Assembly: GCA_964035545.1 (NCBI GenBank)
Contig: OZ037765.1
Coordinates: 19,716,995 to 19,780,994 of the forward strand
Direction: 5' to 3'
Length of the DNA: 64,000 nt
DNA from: Bugula neritina
Taxonomy: Eukaryota > Animalia > Bryozoa
This document shows, in pieces, positions 39,422 to 64,000 of the stretch; position 1 is the stretch's first letter; each line of letters opens with the position of its first letter. The translations under genes were made by a program, and so were the position numbers. The notes below the pieces were generated by a model, which worked only from the letters and a program-made list of their open reading frames with translations, made no database searches and was not told where the DNA came from.

Positions 39422-40903
39422 AACATCTAATTGCTTCAAGTTATTGCTTAGTATATATTATTCATGTTGTCTGAATGTGGATATATTTATACTCATGTAT
39501 ACTAATTTATTTGTCTACACGAATTTGCAAGCTTTTAAAGAGATACATGAGCATTGGGGGTAGCTGGTATAGCTGATGATTATATTATTAATCAAAATTC
39601 CACTGCATAACTTATTGAAAAAATTATACTTACCCATATTGAATCTATATACAACATATATATTACATTATTACTCTATCGTAAAATGTGCTGTTGCTTG
39701 TATTTAGAGACAATAAGAAATGCATATATTGTTACTACTCAAAACGAGGCCAGTAAAAATTGAAAATATAAATTCTACTTCAATTTCAGTTTGATTCATT
39801 TACAAGAACTTTATGAATGGCACACACAATTGCACACAATACTGTTATATAATATTGGGAGAACCAGGAGTCACAATTAAAAGAGCAGATAACCCTGAAT
39901 ACTAAGACATGTAAGGGTGTATGAATAATTGTAGTGTTTTTTGTAGTGTACTTTGCTTAGTCACTATTGCTATTAGAAACATTTGGTCTTGTAGATTGAG
40001 TTACCAAAAACACTAGAGATTGTAATTACACTTTCAGTTGAATTGTAATATATCTAAAGTTTATGTATTACATTATAGCCAGTCTATTTAACTAAATGGC
40101 ACAGTATCTGTAATTTCTCCATAAATCAGGGTGTAAAATATGCTATATTCTATGCTTATATATTTTACATATAAGCATGCTAGATACCATAGCCATAAGA
40201 TGCTGAGACTATTTTCTGCTATAGTGCTTTCAAATTTCTACGAGTAGCCTACTGGCCAGGTTTCATAAATAAGTGAATTCAGTTTTTGTCAATTAAGTAG
40301 CCTTGGCGAGCTTATTTCTCAAAGCAATGCACCTTGGCAGCCAAAAGCATTTCGTATAGGGATATAATGCGCAAAATCAATCAAGTGAGGCATATATGAC
40401 TTTCACCTTGCATTGTTTACAGGCATTGGCATTTTTCATATAGCATTAGGTTGTAACTAGAAACTATTTTTGTAATCATATTAGTCTTGTTATTCCAAGT
40501 TTTATCAGGTGATTTCCAAAAACATGTATTCTTATATTAAAAAAAGGCGAACACTAATATTGTGACAAGTGTATAGCTTCTACCAGCTATTGAGTAAGAC
40601 CTACAGTTACTCTTACAACTATAGGGAATTCGAAAGCCCATTTAATTATTATTTATTAACATATGTACTCCTTTATTGGATTTTTTTGCTATTACATGTT
40701 ATACTTAATTAAAACAAGAAGCTTCAATTAACTATATAAATACAGTTGTTTTATTCTTGCGAGTGAATAGAAATCACACAAAATATTTAGAAACTGAAAT
40801 TATCTTCAAGTATCAAGTTGAAAGAAATACGTTAATTGTTCAGAGAATCATCAAAACGGTCTGTCCAGGTCAATGGTTGGCATGCAGCTAAGCATCTTAG
40901 TTG

Positions 40904-41302
40904 TTACTTTTTAATACTTCTATTCCAAACAGGGTAAGAAATTTCTCTGGGAGGCCTTGGCCTTCTATTTCTAATGATAGCTCCTGTTACCGAAGCTGCC
41001 AGGATAGACATACAATAATTAGATCATTCAACAACATTTTTATAGGCTTTAATGACGTTAGTTATGTAATCAACTGCAAATATCATCATTATAACTATTT
41101 ATACATAGTTTTTTGCAAAAGACATAGCTAGCAAATTAAAAGTTAATGAGAAAATATACTGCTGTTTTAATACTCACTGAAAACAAAACTTTTAATTTAA
41201 AAAAACACTTTTTTTCTTCTATATAATATTGAATATAAGTTTCAACTTACCAAATGCACTGAAGGCAATCATAGCAATGAAAGCAATGGCAAGAACCTTC
41301 AT
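40904..41302 (-). CDS. Secreted cationic peptide precursor, copy 3, divergent mature peptide (47 aa)
   Basis: Exons 41302-41251 and 40995-40904 give MKVLAIAFIAMIAFSAFASVTGA-IIRNRRPRPPREISYPVWNRSIKK*. Frame, length and splice sites are conserved. Confidence 0.88.
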
Positions 41303-43705
41303 ACTGAATTTTGTATCTATAAATAATTGTTTGTTATATAAGATTTTAATAAAATTAAATGCATATAATTAGGGTGTATATTTTAAATATTTTTAAATCA
41401 ATAAATTGCATACTGTTATATCTTTAAACATTTATCTTAATGTTGAATAGACCACTTATTACCATTTATAAATTTTTCAACAACTAATTTTGATATAAAA
41501 ATCATTTTTATAGACAAGTATGGGTTGCTGGGCGTTTAAAATGATTAATTATGAAATTATTATTATCTGAAGTAATATACAGTTCGATATATTGTAGCTA
41601 CCTAGCTGCTATGAACTTCTAACTGTACTACAGAGTTCTAACTCAACTAAACCTATTAAACTTTTATTTGAACATTTTCTTTCACAAATCTTTTTGAAAG
41701 CTTTAATTTTTTTTGAGCAATTTTCATGGCCTTGTATGAAAAGAAATAAACCTCTATAGTTTTTTTGATGTCTGATTTCCGTTTGAATAAGTGAAAAAAA
41801 ATTTCAAGTATGCTATTTATAAAAATAATTTTGTTTTTTAGCAATAAAAAGAAGTTAAGAAAAAATATATAATATAAATTTACCTATCATAAAAAAGTTA
41901 ATCTATAAGCAAATTTGCAAATATATTCAAATCCTAGGTTCATAAAGTTTTATAATATGTTGAACAGCACATACCTGGGTCTGACAATGCTCAGAGTATA
42001 TAAACACTATTGCAGTATAAATTGAATACAGCCACAGCCTTTATATATTATCTTATAGACCATTTTTTAGACTTGAAGTGTCAAGTAGTTGTTAATTGAT
42101 TGGCTAATAACTTTCAATAACGTCTTAGAAACATACAATAATAGTGATATGTTTGTTAATAACAATCACGCCTTTCAATAGAAATGATTGATAAATTTTC
42201 AGTAACCTGCTATGATAAAACCTTTTTAGGAGAGATAACAAAGCAGCACTAATAATTGTATGGGAAACACTTGTGTTAAATATTAAACTAAGTTTACTAT
42301 TGGACCAACTGTTTTTATTTTTCTATCTCTATTCAATATAGTGGTCTTACAACTGTGCTGTTATGCTAAAGGTTTGACTACACACATAAAACCAGCATAG
42401 AAATCCAAAAACATAGTGAAATAACTATAACGCATTTGCTAACCGTGCAACCATGTTCTGATTTAAGTTGTGGTGTCCAAACATAATTTAATTTAAAAAA
42501 ACTCAGATAGGTGTTCGTTTTCAAGTAGTCACATTTAAGAAGTGCGTTTTCAAATGTTCTTGTTACCTCAATTACAGCTGTAGCATTTTATGCTTCTTGG
42601 AGTTAAAGTGGAAAAGTATCAGTCTTATAATTTTGAAAAAAATCATTAACGTATAAATGGTTATCTTTAGAATTATGAAGAAACTTGTTTCAGATGTTCA
42701 TATAAAAAATTCTTGATTTTTTCTTTAACATCATATTATCCATACGATATTTCTGTGAAGTATGTTGCTTGAACGCGTGAGAAAGAAATTGCCATAAGTA
42801 ACAAGTGTAAATTCAACAAAAACTTTTAAATCTATACTTAAATACATGTTTGTGGGAAGCACATAATTTAATAATCGAAAAAATATAGAACAGGGAAATA
42901 TTTGATTGCTGGAAAAAAGCTAAGAAACTCATTACAATGACAAAACATAATAGGTTATCAGAGTGTTCAAAGGTAAAAGGTACTTACACAAAAATTTAGA
43001 AAAGAGTAAAAAACTAAAATTTGCTTGCTAAGTAAGTAAACACATGGTCCAGCAATAAAACACAGCACTATCAAACTAACTACATTTATATATTGCATTA
43101 CAAAACAATTCTTATTTTGATAAAAAGATTTGAAGAAAATAGTACAGATGGCGTTATACACATTGGGTATTAATTATTAGCAAGATACCATGTTAATTAA
43201 TCTTCTTTTGGGTTATGCAGAACAACAATCATTATGATAAAAGCAGGATTAGGCTAAATTTTATTAACGCAAGATATATAATACTGTATGTTTCAATTAA
43301 CAGGCAGTGAACTTGATGTCAGACATTGACATAGGCATCTTGTAGTTTGATTTATTTTGAAAATTAAAAACTTATCTGTATTTTTATTGTTAATAATTAT
43401 TTATATTCTGTCTCCTGGAAATATCTAACGCTAAGAAAATACACTGTCCATAAACTGAAACATGTCATAATTATATACTAACATCGTCACACTTGGTAGA
43501 GTTGCAATAATAAGTATCCTGGTTATTGATAATCTCTTATATGATATATAGTGTATTGCTTAAGAACTGTGATTACATCACTTCCTCTAGACATTATAAA
43601 AGTCTGTACTGATTGTAAGTTGCATATTTGACGCACATTTTGTTTAGCTGCATCCCTCTTTATGTCTCAAAAAAGTCCAATTAACTGCTTGCAAAATTGA
43701 GTAGC

Positions 43706-43707
<2 letters not shown>

Positions 43708-43763
<56 letters not shown>
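43708..43763. repeat. (TA)n microsatellite at the end of unit 3
   Basis: Perfect TA run; short remnants sit at the ends of units 1 and 2. Confidence 0.97.
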
Positions 43764-43766
<3 letters not shown>

Positions 43767-44267
43767 TATATATACATGTGGTTAAAAATTCATTGCAGAT
43801 AACAGTGTAGTTAGACTTGCTATATCAAATTTTGTAACACTGCAAATAATAATAGTGTTATAATTAATAATAATTAGCAACCTATACTGATCTATAAAAT
43901 GATTTTCATGTCAAAATTATGATTGCAAAAATTAGAAATTAAACTGCCTAGTATTAAAATGAATTCTTAAATAGTTAAAGGTATATGGCTATATGCACAT
44001 TTCTAGTTATATGAAGTATATTGTTTTGAAGTTTACTGAAAGGTATTTAGAAAGCATACTTACAATACTATAAGCATTTTTGTCTAATGAAATTAAATGA
44101 GTAAACAGTCAAATATGAGCTGATTTTATGTCATATTGTCCATTTTAATGAGTTTTTGATAAATGATATATCATTCTTAGTGCCACGATTTAGAGTATAC
44201 AATCTAATTATAAGCATTCAACTTTATCAAAATTTTATAAACGATTATTTATAGATAAGAATTCAGT

Positions 44268-44637
44268 ATGAAGGTTCTAGCTGTTGCTTTGATAAGTTGA
44301 AACTTATATTCAATATTATATAGAAGAAAAAAGGTGTTTTTTAAATTAAAAGTTTTGTTTCTAGTGAATAGCCTACTAAAACAATAGTATATTTTACTAT
44401 ATCGTTTGCAGAAAACTATGAATAAATAACTATCTTATAGTGTTACAGTGTGTGTGTGCCATATGGCATGATTACGTAATTATCTTCTGTGAAACTTATA
44501 AAATTGTTGCCAAATAGTTAAATTATTGTAGGTCTGTTTTGGAAGTAATAGAAGCTGCTTGTAGCAGTAGAAAAGGAAGCACGCTGTCTCCCAGAAGAAT
44601 GTCAGGATCCTTTTGAGATAGATATGTTGGCAAGTAG
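44268..44637 (+). pseudogene. Inverted, divergent pseudogene of the peptide family (copy 4)
   Basis: TTTATAG acceptor, then ATG AAG GTT CTA GCT GTT GCT TTG ATA AGT TGA (a deletion removes half the signal peptide and the donor). Homologous intron follows, then a second-exon remnant ..IEA-ACSSRKGSTLSPRRMSGSF*DRYVGK*. Inverted homology to the unit core spans ~44200-45850. Confidence 0.8.
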
Positions 44638-45286
44638 CTGCCAAGTTGCTTAGCTGCCAATCTTTGAACTGGACATGACCTCTATTTCTTACTTTGGTGA
44701 TTCTCTGAACAATTATTGTATTTCTTTCAATTAAAATCTTAAAAACTCATTTAAGTTTCTAAATCTTTTGTGTGGTTCTCATTTATTCGAAAGTAATAAT
44801 ACAAATTTATCTGATTAATTAAAGCGTCTTGTTTTAATTAAATAGCGTGTATTAAATAAAAGTTCATTATAATACTAAACGTTAATAAATCAAGAGACTT
44901 TTGAATTCCCTTGTAGTAGGAGTAACTGTATAGGTTCTACTCAATAAGTAGTCCAAGCTATACTGGCCAAAGTAAATTAGTGTTTACATATATATTTTTT
45001 GATCTCAAAGTAATTTTATTTTGAAATAACCTCGTAAAACTTGGAATAACAAGGTTCTTGAAATTATAAACCTAGTTTTTTGCTGCTGCATCAGCTATAA
45101 AATGCCAATGCTTGTACAGTCAATGGAAGGTTAAGGCCATACGAAAGCATATTGCTCTACTCAACCTAACCTGTTGGCTTTCGTGAGTCTTCCACGTGTC
45201 AGTAGTGTTGTGTTGGGTGATTTTAGCACATCTCAACATTTCTCAGCAGCTCATTAATATCCAATCACCTTACAGGTATACCCTTA

Positions 45287-45501
45287 GAGAGCAGCCGTGG
45301 TCTAGGGGTTTGGGGTTTGCCTAGTAAGCACGAAGTCATATGGGTTCGAACCTCGACAAAGTCCATTGGTGATGTTAGGAAGAGCATCGAGTCATAATTG
45401 CTCCTCTGCCACATCTGAATAAGTCCTCAGCCCGGTCTAACTAAAACTCCTTTCCATCAGGGGTTTCTCACAGGGATAGCGACTATAAACTTTCATGAGT
45501 T
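45287..45501 (+). mobile_element. tRNA-derived SINE
   Basis: Full head, body and tail; imperfect 17-bp TSD TTACAGGTATACCCTTA / TTACACGTATACACTTA. Confidence 0.9.
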
Positions 45502-46316
45502 ACACGTATACACTTACACAATCCTTTCAACAGCCAATATGCATGACTTTACAAAATAAGCTCATCGAAGGTTACTTCATTGTCAAAAGTTAGTTTACCC
45601 TAGCTAGTAGGATATTTGTAGGAAATTTGAAAGCCTTATAGTGGAGCAATATTCTCAACATCTTATAATTACAGTATCTAGCAAGCTTATAAAATATACA
45701 AGCATAGAATATAACATGTAACATTGATCAGCATGTTGCATCCTAATCAATGAAAAAATTACAGATACTGCGCTATAATTACAGCTGTAGGCTTTCTAGT
45801 GCAATATATAAGTATTAGATCTATTATAATTCAACTAAAAGTGTCATTACTCTGCAGCATTTTTATAATAGGTTAAGATAAATAGTATAGATGGTTATAA
45901 TTTATACGAGTATATAAAAATGTATAATTTTAATTAAAGTTGAAGTTCTTTCAATTCAACTATTTAAAGCTTACTATAACGGACCATGTATCATCAAGCT
46001 ATATTATGGTGGAGGTCTGAATTCTTTCAGCACAGCTTATTAAATTGATATATAACAAAAAAACTGCAGAATATCGAGACTAAATCCAATTAAATATTCT
46101 ATATCATTCTAGCTAGATTTATGAGCTAGCTTATTACTTAAATGTAAATATTATGCCTAATGTTTATATTGTACAATGCATAGTTTACATTATTTTGTGA
46201 GTTTTCAAATATTTTAAAATTTCTATTATTTATTAAATATTAAAAATATAGTTTTTTACTTTTACGTGTTTTATTTAAAATAAATTCGCTGGCGAATATA
46301 AATACAGTCTACTGCT

Positions 46317-60128
<13,812 letters not shown>

Positions 60129-61329
60129 TTGAAAAGCTGACCAAGAATAAAACTACTAACAACCAACTCGAAGTATTAAGTTATGCTAACTTTTTAAAGA
60201 ACTTTTATTATAACTATAGCTGTGCTATTCTATGCCTACTACCCAAAATGTAGTAAGTTTATATATAATACAACTCAACATCTTTTTAAAAAATAGCACC
60301 AAATTTGTTGTCTGGCTTCTACAAATGTCTCATTTATATGTATTCTATTAATTAACTTTGACAAAAAGTGTAAAAATACAAAAGATAGATGCATAATGGA
60401 GTAATACCACTATAACTCATATATGATTGGTTGCCTGACGAAACACTGAAAGATTCTAGTGCAATAAACAATATGGTATATTGGGGTAAGAAAAGTATTG
60501 GCATAGAAGACTATAATATGCTTGCAATGTAGTAGTAGTAATAAAGTAAAATAAATGAAAGTTACCCAAATAGTACACTAAAATCATGCATGCATAATTG
60601 CATAATTAACTGTAAGTTTGATGCCAGTGGCTAGACAACACAAACCAGGTAAACTCTTGGTTAAATAAAATATTAGTATTTGTTACAGCATTCACCCAAC
60701 GAGTGCATTAACTTTATTTTTTATGTCATCTCAATTTGAATCTTAGTTACTGGCTTCAACATGCGCAACTAGGTTGATTTCTAGACACAACTATAAAAAA
60801 ACGCATCTGTAAAATTAATATTTCGTCGCCTAGCTAATAATTACTCCTTTCATTTAAAACTTATGTAATATTTAATTTCAAGCCTTTGCAAAGTGTAGTT
60901 TTTGAACAATTCTCAAATTCTCTAAAACTAATGCAGGCTTTTTAATGGCTATTTGTTATTGTACTTACAGCTATATGCTAATGGTAGCATTACGCTTGTA
61001 ATCGACTTCCAAAAGCAATGAAATTTCCGTAATATTAGGTCGATGATCGCCGTAAATTTAACGTTGTAAGAGTTGTCGACTTTTCTGACTAAATTGTTGG
61101 GTCAAAATATGAGCAAGTAATAGCAGTTTTAGTAAATTATTGCGTGCTAGTCGAGGTTTCGCGCTCTACAATTATCACGTTTTAAGTTTAAAATTACTAT
61201 TGACACTTCAGCTCCACACTCAAACTGGATTGATTGCTGAAATGTGGTGTTAAAATAATATATTAACTTTAAATTTAAGTACTATTCCTATTCCAATTAT
61301 AAAAAATTTTGCTCACTAAGCACCAACAG

Positions 61330-62480
61330 CAAGTAGTACTAGTTCAAGTTGTCACTCATTGTGCATAATACTAATACTAATAGTAATAGTAAATTAAGTA
61401 TCTAATTTCATAGACCTTAGACTTAGAGTTAGAGTCTAACTTAGAGTTAGCCTAAAGAGTAAATCTTGCTCTTACAGTTACACTTACAGTTGCTGTTAGT
61501 GTTCCTGTTAGTATTACTATTAGTATAACTCTAAGATTAACTTTAACTACAACTTTATGAAAATGAGTATAAGTTTAAGTTTACCATTACAATTAGTATT
61601 ACTCATTACTGTATTACTCAGTAATACTAATAGTAATAGTAATAGTATTACTATTAGTATTAATATTAGTATTAGTATAACATTTACTATTGTCTATTAG
61701 TATTAGTAATTGTATTGGTATCATATTTATGTTAATGTAATATCTGACCTGATATTAGTATTACATTTAGATTTATGTTACTGTTAGTCAAAGTTAGTGT
61801 AAGACTAAGTATTTTATTTTCAGTACTTCAGTTTCACTTTCAGGTTTAATTTTCAGTAATCCTAGTTGTAACACTACCTGTTGCTGTACTAGTACACTTA
61901 TAGTTACAATGTGAGTCACTGAGTGTACAGTAACACTAACGTCTAACGCTGACTTTGTGATTCAGATTGTGATAGATATTGTCATTGAGATTCTCATTCT
62001 GATTGTACTGGGCCTGGTGGTGATACAACTACAAACAAGAACTACTACTATTAGTATTACTAATACTACTACTAGACCTAGTAAAAGTACTACTAGTACT
62101 GCTAATATCTATATTACTGATGCTAGTAATACGGTATGAGTATCAATATGGGTATTAGCATAATCATTAACTTGGAAGTAATTAACATGAGATAAACATG
62201 ATTATCTTTAAGCTTCTGAGTTATGATTATGACCATCAACTTCAAGGTCACAAATCATCACAGCTACTCAGCTAGGTGATAATTTTAATGTTTAGCAATA
62301 AGTAAATAACATTAACTACACATGTAAGACAAAGTCCAAGTCTAATCACAGTGAATGAATGATTGATTTTATTACTAAGTCCCCACTAGTAATACTAATA
62401 GTATTAGTAATATTAATTGCAAATTCAATTATGATCATATTATTATTATCATTTTTATTATCATAGTGATCACTAGCACT
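61330..62480. repeat. Cryptic 3/6-periodic low-complexity tract
   Basis: Degenerate AGT/ACT/ATT triplets and hexamers (TTAGAG, TTACAG, AGTATT, GATTGT); no long ORF. Confidence 0.6.
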
Positions 62481-63170
62481 TGAAGTAAATGCCTGAAGCT
62501 AATGTTCTAGAATCAACCAAGTCTGCAATCACAATGACATACGGAAATAATAAAAATAAATGGGCAATTTATTAAATCATTTACTTATGTAATGCATAAT
62601 TAGCTAAGCTTCACACTGTTACAATTTGACTTATATTCACTTGATGCTAATTATGTAGTTATGTATGTATGTATCAGTTGTATGCATTTACATTTTAAGT
62701 ATAGGTTTAGTAAATGGCCAGTTCATATAGCAAATAATCTGCTATCTTTAGACTTGGAATTTAGCTCTAGCTATTCATATTTCAAATTTATTATTTTTTC
62801 TAATTTGACAAGTCATTTATAATGAATATATAATAAGACATACAATTAATAAATTGGTTGTGACTACCCAACTTATTATACCGGTAAACAACTGCCAAAT
62901 TAAAATAATAATAGTAATAAAAATAATAGCTAATTGTATTTAAGAAATTTTAACTTCATTAAAATCTGATAAAATCAATAATATTATTAGTTATCATATT
63001 ATACTGAAATCATATCAGTAAATGTTACAAATGCTAATCTAAATATGAAATATTTATTCATTTAAAATCATCAAAATCATTGTAACTGAAATAAATACAC
63101 TTATTTGCAACTGTTAACAGTTTAAATTAAATTTCTTTATCCAAGTTTCACATTAGCAATACAGTTAGCA

Positions 63171-63610
63171 TAGGGTCACACGACATGGGCTACCCATGCG
63201 GGCAACATGCAGGAATCGCGTTTAGCCCAAAAATGGGCTGTTGTGTGCGGGGTTTTCATGCGGTTAACATGCTGAGTTGGAAGTGCAGCAAGCTCATGCA
63301 GGTTTGATCTAATTGACTGATAACCATTTAGCGATTTTTTAATTTCAATTGGCGTTTTAATTTTTAGCGAACTGAATTAAAACAGTTTCATATAGTTTGC
63401 ATTTCCGCATTTATAATATTTAAGGTCACTTTGCCCATGACATAGATTTCAAAACAAACGTCTGTAGGCGAACAGTAAAGTTAAGCTCCAAGATCATTAG
63501 CTAATAAATTCCACACCCACAACCCACGCATTGTGTGTGGCATGTTGTTCCAGGAACGGGTTTTCAAAAATTTGGACCCGCATGCAGGAAACCCGCGTCT
63601 TGTGGCCCTA
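63171..63610. mobile_element. MITE with terminal inverted repeats
   Basis: TAGGGTCACACGAC...GTCTTGTGGCCCTA termini; subterminal CATGCGGG / CCCGCATG repeats. Confidence 0.75.
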
Positions 63611-64000
63611 CACTTATGACTATCTAAGCCAAGGGTGTCTTTTCAGAGCAAGAACGACTGAAAGGGAATATTTTATTGTAAACTTTAGCTTGTGCATATA
63701 CATAATCAAACCAATCCTGAATTTGTTGCCTACGGATTTTTGTGCGTTTGCTGAAACAAATTTGCCTTCAGAATTTAATGTGAAAAACAAACTATAAAAT
63801 CCTTTATTTTTAAAATTCTTATAAGATTTGACATAAGATAATAACAATAGGCTTTTAATATAAATGCAGGCCAATTTCAGCAACATAAAACTGTGATGAA
63901 AAAGTGCAATTAAGTGCCCAGAAGAAACTATGTGAGGATCACTTTGATCTGTAAGATATGTATAGATGCATCCATTCAAGTATTATTGTCAAAAATTTAC

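Larger units (their letters stand above)
14108..43763. repeat. Three-unit tandem segmental duplication (~4.4-kb core; unit 1 14108-26335, unit 2 26336-35062, unit 3 35063-~43763)
   Basis: A collinear near-identical core runs from SLC5 exon 14 through the peptide gene to AGTAGCATT-(TA)n. Unit 1 is expanded by a SINE and a Gypsy element, units 2 and 3 by the LINE. Unit 2-to-3 period is ~8.7 kb. Confidence 0.95.

Overview
AT-rich, intron-rich eukaryotic DNA, most likely from an invertebrate metazoan (species not determinable here). Left to right: (1) the 3' end of one SLC5 sodium:solute symporter gene and a complete 14-exon tandem paralog (587 aa). (2) A three-unit tandem array (14108-~43763). 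Each unit carries a small 3-exon minus-strand gene, absent from the ORF track, encoding a 47-aa precursor (signal peptide plus a 24-aa Arg/Pro-rich cationic peptide). Copy 3 differs from copies 1/2 only by amino-acid-changing substitutions in the mature peptide, and an inverted pseudogene copy follows the array. (3) Unit 1 hosts a young full-length Ty3/Gypsy element with a candidate -1 frameshift signal and an apparently spliced, non-env zinc-finger accessory ORF; units 2 and 3 each carry the same dead CR1-group LINE inserted into an orphan SLC5 terminal exon. (4) A 17-exon, 804-aa TUT4/7-type terminal nucleotidyltransferase gene with an altered nucleotide-recognition motif and no C-terminal zinc knuckles. 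tRNA-derived SINEs, MITEs and micro/minisatellites are scattered throughout. All exon models were built by hand from splice signals and reading-frame continuity; none is confirmed by transcript data.
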